Notes: generated by a model from the letters alone, not told the origin. 37,366 nucleotides of DNA from Lama guanicoe (GCA_013239625.1 MU053652.1:8591499-8628864); one strand, 5' to 3'; counted from the first letter of the stretch, positions 23,036 to 35,405 are shown. A program made the numbers and translations.

Positions 23036-24115
23036 AAATTTTTAATTGAGATATACTTGATTTATAATATTATATTAGTTCAGGTGTACAACATAGTGAT
23101 TCTAAATTTTTAGACTTTATATTCCAGATACTGTCTACATACCCTGTGCTGTACAATATATCCTTGTGGTTTATTTGATATAGTAGTTTGTACTTCTTAA
23201 TCCCTTACCCTTACCCTGTTACTTCCCACTTCCTTCTTGCCACTGGTGACCACTAGTTTGTTCTGTATATCTGTGAGTGTTTCTTCTTTGTTATATTAAC
23301 TTGTCTTATTTTTTAGATTCTACATGTAAGTGATGACATACAGTGCTTGCCTCTCTGACTTACTTCACTAAGCATAATACCCTCTAGGTCCATCCACGTT
23401 GCAAATGGCAAAATTTCCTTTTTTGGCTGCATAGTATTCCATTGTGTGTGTGTGTGTGTGTGTGTGTATTTTATATATATATAATATATATATAATATAT
23501 ACCACATCTTCTTTATTCATTAATCTATTGATGGACAGATATCTGCCATATCTTGGTTATTGTAAATAATACTGCTATGAACATTGGGATACATGTATCA
23601 TTTGAATTAGTGTTTTCTTTTTTTTCCTTCTGGATTTATACCCAGGAGTGGAATTGCTGGGTCATATGGTATTTATATTTTTAGTTTTTTGAGGAACCTC
23701 CATATTGTTTTCCACAGTGGCTGCACCAATTTACATTCCTACCAGCGATGCAGAAGGATTCCCTCTTCTCCACATCCTTGCTGACGACGTTCGTTACTTG
23801 CTGTCTTTTTAATGGTAGCCATTCTGACAGGTGTGAGGAACTATCTCATTGTGGTTTTGCTTTGTATTTCTCTGATTAGTGATGTTGGGTAACTTTTCAT
23901 GTGCCTGTTGGCCATTTGTATGCCATCTGTGGGAAAATGTCTATTCAGGTCTTCTGCCCATTTCTTAATTGGATTTTTTTTTTTTTGGCTGTTGTGTTGT
24001 ATGAGCTGTCTGTATATATTGCATATTAACCCCTTATCAGTCATAGTATTTGCAAATATTTTCTCTTATTCAGTAGGTTGTCTATTCATTTTGTCGGTGA
24101 TTTCCTTTGCTATGT
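23036..24115 (-). mobile_element. L1 3' part (late ORF2 plus 3' UTR) with internal (TG)12/(TA)n microsatellite
   Basis: Minus-strand ORF2p pieces [27 protein letters not shown] (23841-24044) and ILPFATWMDLEGIMLSEVSQ. T-rich tail at left. (TG)12 at 23443-23466. Confidence 0.92.
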
Positions 24116-24485
24116 AAATAACACGGTAAAAATTAAAGAGAAAATAATAAAAGCAGCAAGGGAAAAACAAAAGTTACATAAAAGGAACTCCCGTAAGACT
24201 ATCAGCTAACTTTGAAACAGAAATCTGCAGGCCCAAAGGGCGTGGCATTATACATTTAAAGTGATGAAAAGGAAAAACCTACAATCCAGATTGCTCTACC
24301 CAGCAAGGCTCTCATCCAGATTTGATTGCTTGATCAAAAGTTTACAGTCAAGCAAAAGTTAAAAGAGTTCACCACCACCAAATCAGCTTTATAAGAAATG
24401 TTAAAGGAACTTCCCTAAGTGAAAAAGAAAAGGCCACAACTGAAAAGGTAAAAATTATGAAAGTGAAAGTCTCATCAGTAATGGT
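24116..24485 (+). mobile_element. L1 ORF1 C-terminus and inter-ORF fragment, inverted relative to the neighbour
   Basis: aaagcagcaagggaaaaacaa (KAAREKQ), gtaagactatcagct (RLSA), ctctacccagcaaggctctca (LYPARLS) and gagttcaccaccaccaaa are ORF1p motifs. Confidence 0.87.
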
Positions 24486-25229
24486 GCTCTCAAATATTGT
24501 TATGGTAGCACAAAGTGTTACTAGTTCTGAGGGCCATTTGGTAATCGCTCTTCTCCTTCCTTCCTTTACAGAGAGCCATTTCTCTTCCATGACATACCTG
24601 CTTCAGAAAGAGAGCAAAAACTTCAGACATTTCTTGGGAAAGTAAATTTATATCGTGTTTTCATCTTTCACATGAATTATCCCAAGCCACTGACCATCTA
24701 CTGGAAAAGGCCATTGTGTGGCCTAGAGCTGGTCAGCATGTTTGAGCTTTGAAGCCAGCATGTGTCTGCTGCTAAGCCTGTCCAAATTCTTTGTGATGAA
24801 TATAAAATCACTGTTTCTTGCAAATGTGGTTTCAGCATAAGGAACTTTGCCATGAAATACCAGATGGTTCTGAGGCACAGAGTTCTTCCTGCTTAAGAGC
24901 CATATCATCTGCAAAACAGAATCACTCACACAGCAGCTCAAAGAAATCCTTTGCTGTTTCTTCCGGCCTCAATGAGCCTGGCCATGAACTTATTATTTGG
25001 ACAACACAGAAGCTATTTGGGAATTATTTTCTAAAATTGTGTTTGTTCCCTAGTCCCTTACTCAGTTATCCACTGCTAGAGTCTTTTGTCAGTGGTTGTG
25101 ACAGGATACATTCCTAGAAAAGCAGTAGTGAACACTGATATCCTCTTACACTCTGGTTTTTCTTCCCCTGTAGATGAATTCATAGTCAGCCAACATTGGA
25201 CTTAGTGGGGAAGGGGCATATAGAGATGA

Positions 25230-25500
25230 CTGGCATTGCTGATAAAGGAGTCTGCACCCTGGTAAGGAGAAAGGCACATTAAGCAAATGATAGATGTGGG
25301 TACGAGGTGCAGAAGTGGCACAGAGAGGATGGGATGACTTCATCTGAGGGGGAGCAGAAGGAAGATGATTTCTAGGAGGTTTCATCTGCATTTGTGTTCT
25401 CAAAGGCTGAAAGGATATCCCAGGCAGAGAGAGCTAATTGTGTGCAAAGGCTCAGTGATGTGAACAAGAATGATGTGATGGTGTTTTGGGGGTAAATGGG
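25230..25500 (-). mobile_element. L2 fragment
   Basis: tcccaggcagagagagctaattgtgtgcaaaggctcag and surrounding purine-rich sequence. Confidence 0.55.
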
Positions 25501-25629
25501 GAGGAGAGCTTTCACTCACCACTTGAGTCTGATCAATCACAGGATTGGCTTTGCTCAGCTCTGGTGGTCCTGTGTCTTGACCTGGGTGTGGAGAATGTGG
25601 CTTGGGGAGTTTCAGAAGCAACCCCAAGG

Positions 25630-25840
25630 GCAGCCAGTGGCTAAGAGCATGCCAGCAGATGTACCTGGCTCTGCCCCCAAGTTTCATGCACTAGACCACT
25701 TTATTGACTTCTCTGGGTCTTTGTTTCCTTCTACCTGAAATAAGGAACCTACCATATGGGAAGTTTAAAATAATCCTTGTAAAGATGTTAGAACTGTGCT
25801 TACTATGTAGTAAGTGGTCAATTATTATTAGCTTTTATCA
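25630..25840 (+). mobile_element. MIR SINE
   Basis: cttctctgggtctttgtttcctt...tgtaaagatgttagaactgtgctt..tagtaagtggtcaat..ttagct. Confidence 0.65.
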
Positions 25841-26280
25841 CTAAGTATTAAATTGCACATTAAGGGTGGTTAAGGGGAAATCGTACTGTCTCAAAGGGCA
25901 GTTCCCTCATGATGTATCTTGGCATAATTCCCTAGAGTTATTTGTAGGAAGTCATTGACTACACAGTTTGAATGGTGGCTCATGACAGATTCTTCTGACT
26001 TTGCAGGACTATAAGGTAGTAAAGCTTGTGCTGGACCGCTTCCTAGACCTGCCTTTTTTCCATAGACTCCTCCAAGACTCCTTGTTTGGAGAAGCTTACT
26101 GATTTTTGTCAGAATTTAATGGAGGAGGGAGGGGCTTTTGATGGTGGTAAGAACTTCTCAGAATAGCTCCTAAGGTTTGTTTCTCTTTGAACCCTCAACA
26201 ACCACCCACCCTACCCCCCCATTCATCTCTGAATCGCTTGATTGTAACAGGCTGCTAAGGCTGTCATTTATGATGGTTGA

Positions 26281-26878
26281 AACATTAGGGTTCTCTAGAG
26301 AAACAAGCTCAATAGGAGATCATGTACATGTATACATGCATCATACATATATACAGTATAAAATATGATGTGTTATATATAATATAAGCTATATTATATA
26401 TTGTAATATACATATATAATATAAAATATAATTTGTTATATCATATACATATATATAATGTAAAATATGATTTGTTATAGGAATCGGCTCATGCAGTTAG
26501 GGAGGCTGAAAAGTCCCACAGTCTGCTTTCTGCAAGCTGGAGAACCAGGAAAGCTAGTGGTATAATTCAGTCTGGGTTCAAAGGCCCTGAGAACCGGGAA
26601 CTCTGATGTCCAAGGGCCAGAAAAGATGGACTTCTCAGCTCAAAGAGAGAGAGAGAGGGAATTCACCCATCCTTAACCTTTTTTTGTTGTATTCAGCCCT
26701 CCATGAATTATGTGATACCTGCCCACATTGCTGAGGGTGGATCTCTTTACTTCTCTACTGAATCAAATGCTAATCTCCTCTAGAAACCCTGAGACAGACA
26801 CACTCAGAAATACTGCTTTACCAGCTACCTGGGCATCCCTTGGCCCAGTCAAGTTGACACACAAAATTAAACATCACA
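26281..26878 (-). mobile_element. MLT2 (ERVL) solo LTR with internal AT-rich minisatellite
   Basis: agggttctctagagaaac..aatagga, ggaggctgaaaagtcccaca, gcaagctggagaaccagg and ggcccagtcaagttgacacacaaaattaaacatcaca (antisense of the MLT2 start). Confidence 0.9.
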
Positions 26879-27169
26879 ATTGATTTTGCTTTCAATGAGC
26901 TTATGGTATTAGTGGGGATCACTAAAATTTACTGTCATAGGTCTGTTTTACTCTAGTGGGTGAAACCAATGCTAATGCAAACAGCAGGTTTCGGGAGGAT
27001 ACTCACCAACATACTTGCCAGTTGCGTCCCTCACCTACCTCTCACCCTGTTCAGGAGCAGGAACCAGTCCTGCGGAATAACTCCTCATCACTTACTGTGA
27101 CTGTCTTTTGTAAGGTGAGGCTGAATGAGGACAGTCAAATAAGAACATGCCAGAGGGCTGGGGTCATGC

Positions 27170-27325
27170 CTGGGAGGGTAAAAAATGTGGACTGGTGTTC
27201 AGGAGACCTAGCTTAGGGTCCCAGTTCTCGGAGCTGCCTGAATTCGTACCGGAACGTCTCAGTTTGTTTTCTCATCCGTCACGTGGGACTGATAACACCC
27301 GCTTCCCTCTCTGAGAATGAAAAAC
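27170..27325 (+). mobile_element. MIR SINE
   Basis: caggagaccta..ggtcccagttct...tcagtttgttttctcatc.gt..tgggactgataacacc. Confidence 0.55.
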
Positions 27326-27514
27326 ACAAGGCTGATACTTAGGTATTATTGCATTTTGGTCCTTGCTCAGTTTCTCTTCAGTCCGTTATATCACAGACTT
27401 TGCCACAAGCTGTGTCACGTGGGACCTGCTGCTGTGAGTTTTGCAGGGGTCAGCAAGGCCATGTTCACTTGTGTCTTCAAGGGACACTTGACCATCACAC
27501 GCATTTCTCTGTAC

Positions 27515-27820
27515 CAGTGCTGTCTCACTGAAGTGTAGTGTGAGCCACATATGTAATTCAGGTTTTTCTAGTAGCTATATTAAGACATTATTAAAATGAT
27601 GAAAGTTACTTTAATAATTTATTCCACCCCATGTATCCAAAATATTTTTCAACATGCAACCAACATGCAAATATTAGTGAGATGTTTCCTGGTCTTCTTG
27701 TACAGAGGATTTGAAACCCAGTATGCGTTTTACACTTAGAGCACATGCCACTTGGACTAGCCTCATGCCAAGTGCTCAGTAGCCACGTGTGGTGAGTGGC
27801 TGTTGTGTCAGACGGCACAG
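27515..27820. mobile_element. Full-length MER33 hAT-Charlie MITE with 8-bp TSD
   Basis: Ends cagtgctgtc ... gacggcacag, internal gagccacatatgtaatt and agtgctcagtagccacgtgtgg. TSD ctctgtac (27507-27514) / ctctggac (27821-27828). Confidence 0.88.
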
Positions 27821-27919
27821 CTCTGGACAGTCTATTATTGATTGTTCAACTGTATCCATCTTAGAATCATTTTTCGTCTGCAGCTTCTGTAGTTGCTGAA
27901 GTAGGAGCACCATGTGTTT

Positions 27920-28090
27920 CTAACGACAGCCCATTAAACGTGCATAATTACTGTTCTTATTGTTTCGATGAAGAATTTGAGGCACCGAGGTTAAGTGACC
28001 TGTTGAAGACCCTACAAATTGTGGGGGACCCTGAATACAGACAGTAGTCTTAAACCAGAGCCTGGGCTCTTAATTACTCACGCTGCTGCC
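27920..28090 (-). mobile_element. MIR SINE
   Basis: gatgaagaatttgaggcaccgaggttaagtgacctg...ccagagcctgggctcttaa. Confidence 0.7.
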
Positions 28091-28354
28091 CTGTTCGTCC
28101 TATAATAACCTTACTAATTAATGAAAAACATGAAGATATCATTGTGGTGGTTTGAGGCATTATTTTAGTATGGGGATTCATGCTATGAGGTACAATCAGG
28201 TTCTCATGCTAAGCAGATTTTATTGTAGTGGGAGGACTTAAAAGAGTAAGCAAATACATGTAGGAATTGAACGCCTCTTATTGAAAAAGTGTGGCTCTGA
28301 GGGAAACAGAATAGTAAGGAGATGGGAAGGAAGGTGGACTTCTCGATGAGGACA

Positions 28355-28520
28355 CTAGTTGAGATTCTGCCCCTGTCACTTACTAGATGTGAAATTAGGC
28401 AAGATGCTTAACTTCTTTGAGCTTAACTTCCTCATTTATGAAATGATGATAAACACTTCCCATGAGATTTAGGAAGATTTAATAAGACACGTGTAAAATG
28501 TGCTCAGTGCAGTGCAGCAG
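28355..28520 (+). mobile_element. MIR SINE
   Basis: tcacttactagatgtg..ggcaagatgcttaacttctttgagc..ttcctcatttatgaaatg. Confidence 0.75.
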
Positions 28521-29025
28521 GGAAATTTCATAAAATCACGGATTTAACTTTCCTAGTTCCACCAGCAGCAATCCCCTGCCCCGAGACAATGCCCCAGTCA
28601 TAGCATGTCATTTCACGGAGGCTTGAATTCAACTAGGAGGTCAGTGAGAATGTGGATGGAAGTAACACACTCGGCAGCTGGAGGAGCCTCGCCGGGGGCC
28701 CATTTGTCCACGACACAGTGAGATTTTCCTGCTCTGTACTCACCCTTTGATATACATTTTATTATAACATATGTTAAGGTAGTATTTGCAAATCTGAGGC
28801 TTTTTAATCTCCCGTTTTCAATATTGTGGAACAATAGAATTCAGTCTACCCAGACACTTAGAATCTGGTGTTCACTGTTCACTGGGGCAAATTCGCTGGA
28901 TAAGGAGTTTTTCATATAACTTAACATACGGAAGGAATATCTTGTTTTGGAATAAATTGAGATAAACCTTACTAGCCAGGGATGGTGATGCTGTGGCAGT
29001 TTCTCCCTGATTGCGTATGTCATTG

Positions 29026-29514
29026 TGATGTCTACCAGTTAGCATTTGGTTCGGTCACATACTACCAGGGAACCCCCGGTAAGAGTAAGATCAATATGTA
29101 CAGATATTTGTTTCTCTCTCACATCAAGGAAGCTGGGAGGTGGCGACCTGGGGCTGCACTGGCTGCTCCCCATTTGGGAGGGTCTCAGGCTCTTTTTATT
29201 TTGTTCCTTCACCATCTTCATGAGCTAAGCTGATGGTGGCAGCCAGCACATCAAATTCCAGCCGGTGGGAAAAGAGGAAAGAGAACGAAGCAAATGGTGC
29301 TGCTTCAGCTACTTTTTACGGTTTCCGGGAGTCATATACTCTTTTGCCTACATCTCATTGGCCTTTACTTAGTCAATTGACCATGTCCCTTGTCAGGTGA
29401 GGCTGGTATTTGCAGTCTTAAATGGGCATATTCACAGTCCAAAATATCCGCGTCTATAGAAGAGAGTGAGAAAAGTTATTTGGATCGGAAATTATTAATA
29501 GCAATGCCTCCCAC
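29026..29514 (-). mobile_element. MLT1J-like MaLR solo LTR
   Basis: cagttagcatt.ggttcgg, tttctctctcacat.aagga, tgcctacatctcattggcc and a ..cccaca terminus. Confidence 0.7.
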
Positions 29515-30739
29515 AGGATTTTATAATGTATGAGACGGGCCAGAGCCCCTTTGTTATTCCGTTCTGACATCCAGTTTGGGGAGGTCTGTTTCAGAAATGT
29601 AGAAGGCTCTGATTATTTTGCCCCAGTGGTTTTCTGTAGATCTTTTTGGCAGAGTGTCCATAGGAAGGGAAAAAGAAAATGGTACCTATCCTGTAGTCTT
29701 TTCCTCCTAATATGTTTTTACCATATCTCATTAATGGGTGTTAAAGCTGTGCCTTTGTGCATTTCAGAGACCATCTGTGCCTGGGATAAATCCTTTTACC
29801 TCCTGGAAAAACATTTGTTTTTCTGTTCTCTTTAAGGTTTGTGCACACACCAGCACCCACCCTCCTGGAGGTACAGTACCCACTGGTCACCTGCCACTGT
29901 GCTGTAGAATCTGACTGTGACCTCCTTTCCTCACCAGGAGATCATGCAGTTCCCACCACAAGTGTTAAGACTCCTGACGGGAACTGCAGGTCAAGGCAGG
30001 CTCTGCACGGCAGTGGTTGCCAGGTTCCTGAGTGCACAATGCCTGGTCTCCTGCTGCCGTCAGGACCCTGGCGTAAGTCTTCAGGTGGTCATGACTCGCA
30101 ATGAAAAGGCGAAAATACAATTTGAACACGAATGAGAAGAAAAAAAAAACCTCTAAGAAACATAAGACATCTCTGAACCCTAGAAGTTAAGTAGTTTTTC
30201 TGAGGCCACTATTATTATGGATAAATTATCACTGCCAGCCAAGATTTATAAAACTTCGTTTTTACTGTCAGTATTTGAAGTGTTCTTTTGAATAAGAACT
30301 AATCTCTTCGTTGTATTTAGATGTTGGCAAGGATATTTATGTTCTAGTCAAGTTTCTGCAATTTAGTTTCATATAAAAAGCTCTTTTAAATTTCCCAATC
30401 GATAGTTTTTGCTGGTCAGTTTTTTATTTTTGAAAAATATTTTATTCATTCAGTAGTAAATATACTAGTGTGAAGATAATATATGGGCAAAACTAAAATA
30501 TAGGCTGAAGAATAAAACCAGCTGCCCTCCGGAATGTTAGTTGATTATGTCAAAACAGGAGGAATACATGTGACAGGTACCCTTAGTCCTTCCTGAATCA
30601 TGGACTGATGAAAATTTCTATAGTGACCTGGGTGGAGATTATGGATAGCACCTTATTATGCTGGTTGTACAACAACACTAGGAGAGGTCTTTGGTCACAG
30701 GGTGAAGGAATCAGAATTCTAAAGACAAGACCGTTAATC

Positions 30740-31320
30740 ACCTGGAACAATGGACCAAATAAATCTCGCCAGGTTGAAACATGGCTTCACGAAGCACATG
30801 TAAGGATGTTTCAGAATTTGTGTTGATTATAAGCACGATGTGAGTCAGTTGATGTGACTGCCAAGAAGAGTTAATTTGTTTTTAGTTTGAATTAATAGAC
30901 ATAGAGTACTTAGAAAGTGGGAAGTGATCCTCCCACTTGACTCTGCGTTGGCCACAGGATCCTGGGAGAATCACATCAGTCTGTGCAGTATATTTGAAGA
31001 GGGACGTTGCTATTGTAATGAGTTTCATTTGCCTATTAATGACTTTCATAGTGCCTTCTTATATTTAGTTTTATGTAAATACGTTATATTTAACTACGCA
31101 GTGCTGTATTTGTGGACAAACTGGATAGTACTCCGAAGATGTTGGGAGAATGGGTAAAGTTTACTCTGGGAAAGACGCTCAAATAATCTAGTACCCAAGT
31201 TCCTGAACTGCTATGTTGAAGAAGAAAATTAACGTTTAATCTGTTTGGTCTTAGTATAGAACTAGAATGTATGGAGCGCATAGGGAAGCAGATTTCAATC
31301 CTGCATAACTGTGTAAAATT
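30740..31320 (+). mobile_element. L3/CR1 LINE fragments
   Basis: gatgtgactgccaagaagagttaat...attaatagac.tag..gggaagtgatcctcccact.gactctgc, gacaaactgga and agggaagcagattt. Confidence 0.7.
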
Positions 31321-31354
31321 AAAATAGACTTCATTGTGAGGTGATAGAGGTAGA

Positions 31355-31358
<4 letters not shown>

Positions 31359-31392
<34 letters not shown>
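31359..31392. repeat. (GT)17 microsatellite
   Basis: Perfect dinucleotide run read directly. Confidence 0.97.
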
Positions 31393-31394
<2 letters not shown>

Positions 31395-31699
31395 ATGTAT
31401 TAGTTTTAATTGGCTCTAATGGAGAATGAGAGACCACTTGGTATGGATTTTGTAAAGATTAATGCACTGATGAGAATGTTGAGTACCATGATTACTCTTT
31501 TCTGACTCTTTTTGTCTAAGTTTGTTTGACATCCTCAACCTTGAAATGTTTTTTAAAAAAGGAAGAGGGAGGAATACAGTCAAGTTCAAAACTTCTACCT
31601 GAAAGGAGAAATGAAAAAAAAAGTCAGTTGGTTTGTTGTCCAGTCTTTCTGCAGGATGATCAGATTTAAATGTGTAAAGTGGCTACTATAGCATATTTA

Positions 31700-32105
31700 A
31701 ATATAAATTAAGTAAATTTGAGTATATAAAAAGCATCCTGTGATTTAAAACCTAAAATGAATAATGTGATACCAATTGAAAAATCTTTTTCATCCTTATT
31801 TTTCATCTGTCCAGTGTCCAAGGCCATCCTTCCATAGTTTTTCTGCATTTGAAAGCAGGTACATGTTCTGATATTGTCCCTTTTCTCTGGGAGTGGTGGT
31901 TTATTTTACATACTGTTCTATACTGTTTGTTTCCCCAAGATGTTTTGCAGATCTCTTCATATCAGTACATAAGAGAACTCTGTCATACTTTTTATAAAGC
32001 TAATAGTATATGTAATAGTGGTAATACACTATTTGGATGTAGTATGATTTTCTTAGTCCTCCATTTATGAAAAGTTAGGTTGTCTGCATTTCTTTTTGCT
32101 ACTGT
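31700..32105 (-). mobile_element. Old L1ME-type 3' fragment
   Basis: catactgttcta..ctgttt, ttcatatcagtacataaga and ttaggttgt..catttc..ttttgctact. Confidence 0.5.
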
Positions 32106-32129
32106 GGGGCTTGAGGGGTAGGGATGTGT

Positions 32130-32330
32130 CACCGCTACTGTGCGCAGAGGTGGAATTGATTAAAATTCACGACAGTTTCTGGTCAAACAGTCCCCTGAAT
32201 GTTGCAAGTCTTTAGAGACTCCAGAGTTGCAAAATCTTTGCATCAGACAGGTACTGTCAATGCAGATGTTGCCTAGGTGGGAGACAGATTTCTGGTGCTT
32301 CCTATTCGACCATCTTCCTGGAATCCTGCT
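32130..32330 (-). mobile_element. Old L1M 5'-end fragment
   Basis: gttgcctaggtgggagacagatttctggtgcttcctattcgaccatcttcc.ggaatc resembles the antisense 5' terminus of an ancient L1M. Confidence 0.55.
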
Positions 32331-32389
32331 CTTATGTAGACTTCATTCATATAAAGAAAAATGCAAAATAACTTAGGCGTGCTTTCATG

Positions 32390-32950
32390 ACTTAAGCCAT
32401 TTCTCTGAATGTATCTACTTTGTCCATTTTTCTGTTGGCTTATTGGTCACACTTATTTATTTCTAGGATCTATGTGTTTGAAAATTAACTCTTTAGGATA
32501 TGAGTTGCAATTTTTTTTCTGGTTAGACTTTCTTCCCATTATTTTGTTTATGGTATTTTTTGCCATGCTGAATTTATTTTTAATGTTTATGCTGTTAAAT
32601 TTATGACTTGTAGATTTTGATTCATGGTTAAAAAGGTCTTTCTCATCCTGGTGTTTAAAGGAATTCTCCCACTTTTCTTCTAATACCTTTAAGCTTTCAT
32701 CTTTTTACAGTAAAAGTTTTAATTTATTTGGACTGTAACTGTGTGTGTTATGGTCCAACTTAATTTTTTTCTGCATGAGTGCTCAGTTATTCTAACACCA
32801 TTGATTGAATAGACCATCTTTTACTACTGACTTGAGGTGCTGTAAAGGTATTTTATAGCACATTTCTGGTTGTATTTGGGTCTATTTTTTGGGTCTATTA
32901 CATTGGTCTCTATCTGTTGATGTATAATATAGTTTATTTCGATTACACAA
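32390..32950 (-). mobile_element. Old L1ME ORF2 fragment
   Basis: tttgtccatttttctgttgg and cagttattctaacaccattgattgaatagaccatcttt. Confidence 0.65.
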
Positions 32951-33520
32951 ATAGCTTTTAGGAAACTGCTTTCTGACTGCTGTCCCCATTGCTAGATTTT
33001 AAGTTGCCTTTTTTCAACTCCCTATCTCCTTTATGTGGAAATGTAACCCTTTTTCCTGTGTACTCATAAAGTATCTGTTTATTGACTGTTTGTATGTCAT
33101 TTTAATATGGCTGTCATTTTATGTCTTAAATGCAACTGCAGTATTTCTTATTCATAAAAAATCTGAAGCCTGATACTTAGCCAGGTGCCTCTGGCGTGTT
33201 TTGTGAGCGACACCAACATTGTTGGAGCTTCTAAGAAGGTGGTTTGCACAAATCTCCTTTCCTTGATTCATATTCATGAATTTTCCACGCCATAATCATC
33301 AAAACACAACTCACTGATACGATGGCTAAACTTAAACACTGGCAAGCTAGAAATGGCAAAGATTTAGAGGAGTTCTTAAAGAACAAAATGCCTCTGATAG
33401 AAGAAAATTGATGAAGATATCCCTAGGTTGGGGGTTTTGGACAATATTTTATTTATCAAATGAGGGAGTTGGAAGAAATGATCTCTAAGGTCCCCTTCAG
33501 TTCACTGTCCTCCCCACGTA

Positions 33521-33556
33521 CATTTCCATTTCCATTTCCAATACCATTACCATTAC
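33521..33556. repeat. Degenerate hexamer repeat (CATTTC/CATTAC) x6
   Basis: catttc catttc catttc caatac cattac cattac. Confidence 0.85.
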
Positions 33557-34404
33557 TTTACCTGGATGCTTGGTTTGCAAGTTGAAGCCCTTCTTAACGG
33601 TTCCCAGGGCTTAGCGACTAAAGTGCCCTCAGCTGTCTCGCTGTCAGCAATTGCTGTCCTATTTCCATCTGGCTCCTTTTGTCAACCACGCTTAGAGAGC
33701 TAAAGTCATGGGCTTAATTCGCCTTGCTAGTGCACACACACAAAAGACCCCTGCTTTCATTCTCTTCATATTACAGAAATGGAGAGTGTCACAGGGTGGT
33801 GATGTTCCTGCTTTTCAGCTTCGTTTTGCTTTCCCCAAAATGAATATAACCCTGGTAAGGAAATGGAATGGTCTTCTCTCTTCCCTGCTCATGGCAAGGG
33901 GTCCTTCACACTGGGGAACAGTGGGACACGTCTTTATCAGTCTGCTAGTCCCGGCAGCATTTTTTTTTTATAAGCTGTCTTATTTGTTAGGATCCTAAAT
34001 AAAAACCTATCTTTTGAAAGAGCTTGTCTCTCATATTTGAATGGCATTTTAATCAGCCTTTTGAACCGTTTCAAACTTATTTCACATCAGCCTTCTTTTC
34101 GAAGCCAAAACAGAGCAGTTTGTGTAGTCTTTCTAATCCTTTAATCATTTTATCCTCGGTGTGTTTCCAAATGCTTCACTGTCTCTCTGTAGAATCCAGA
34201 ACTGGGCTGAGTTCTTTAACAGTCTGATGAGGATCGACTGAAATGGAAAGATCACTCCCTTCCTGCTCCTTACATATCTCAGGATTTGTTGTTTTATCTG
34301 CAAGACTATATTCTCTCTCCAGTTAAGAATTTAAAAAAATATATATATATACTTCTGCTTGATCTAATATACCCTACCTCTAGTGAAGCATATGCCTCTG
34401 TCGT

Positions 34405-34575
34405 CAGGGCTGGCTCCGTGGGCATGAGTCTGTGTGGTCACCCGGGGCTCCTGCTTAGAAGGGTCCCGTGCTTGGGTTAACGCTCTTTTGCCGCTGTCTT
34501 GAAATTAATGTTTTCAACAAGGGGCTCCTCGTTCTCACTTTGCACTGAACCCTGCAAATGAAGTAGCTGCCTTTG
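34405..34575 (+). mobile_element. MER45A hAT-Tip100 MITE
   Basis: cagggctggctccgtgggc...gcttagaagggtcccgtgcttgg...gtcttgaaatt...aacaagggg...tttgcactg..ccctgcaaat. Confidence 0.82.
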
Positions 34576-35267
34576 CTTGTAGTTGATGACTAGAGACCGT
34601 GGTTAGTGAGTCCCAGTTCGTGTCTAACCCACCCTCAGTACCTGTGGTAGGTAGACCCAGGGTGAGGAAATCCGGCTGTGAAGGTGCACTCCTCTCCCTG
34701 ATTGACAGCCTTCCCCTAACCTGCTTAAAGATGCGCTCACTGCCCCCCTGTTGCCTTTCCGTTCTCTTTTGGATTTATCTTCTCCTTATCATTGCTTTCA
34801 TTCCCCTCCTTCCTTATCACTCCTTAGCTCAGGTATGTCTGTTCATGGGATCCAAGCTTTTGGCTTCCAATAGCTATCCCTTTCAGAGGATCCTTTCTCA
34901 GAGTCCCTCTGTCTTTCCCATTAGCTTTTGTCCAAGGCTGCTGGTTGTCCACTCACCTAGAGAGCTTGTCCTCTCTGCCTTCTCTGTTGAGCACAGCTGG
35001 CAGTTTGGGACAACAGTTTCTCATTCAGATTTTAGAATTTTTACTATCTCTGCAAGGAGACTGGCCTTGTAGTCATCACAGGAATTCGGTCTGGAGCAGA
35101 AAATTTGGATTCCATTGCAATATCGGGTATTCCAGAGTATGTGGGGTAGTGACTTACAAACATTTTAAAATTGACCCATAAATTAATTCTAGGTATCAAA
35201 TCTTAGACGCATAGAGCAGATACAACTTTTAAAAGTCATTACATTTCACGGGTTGGCAAATTTTTCA

Positions 35268-35291
35268 TCTGATTCCCTCTTTTTCTTGTAG
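35268..35291 (+). promoter_or_regulatory. Branch point candidate, polypyrimidine tract and 3' splice acceptor of the CADPS2 exon
   Basis: CTGAT (yUnAy) with A at 35272, followed by a pyrimidine tract and TAG ending at 35291. Confidence 0.7.
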
Positions 35292-35405
35292 CTTAACAAG
35301 CAACAATTACAGTTGCTGAAAGAACGGTTCCAGGCCTTCCTCAATGGGGAAACCCAGATTGTAGCTGATGAAGCATTTTGCAATGCAGTTCGGAGTTACT
35401 ACGAG
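35292..35405 (+). CDS. CADPS2: Internal coding exon (probably exon 2) of calcium-dependent secretion activator 2 (CAPS2), 38 codons, phase 0-0
   Basis: Polypyrimidine tract ttccctctttttcttgtAG (AG at 35290-35291) and donor GAG|GTAAGT at 35406. The open frame reads [38 protein letters not shown]. From memory this matches CADPS2 ([20 protein letters not shown]) rather than CADPS (QTVKDRF..IMADEAFMNAVQS). Exon number is recalled, not visible. Confidence 0.95.

Larger units (their letters stand above)
1..35291 (+). other. CADPS2: CADPS2 intron upstream of the exon (3' portion, probably intron 1)
   Basis: No other CADPS2-like coding sequence or CpG island seen upstream. The content is typical interspersed repeats. 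Confidence 0.75.

Noticed and set aside
34599..35072. 157-aa ORF just upstream of the CADPS2 exon
   Set aside because: GTG start, pyrimidine-rich low-complexity DNA and no recognisable protein similarity.
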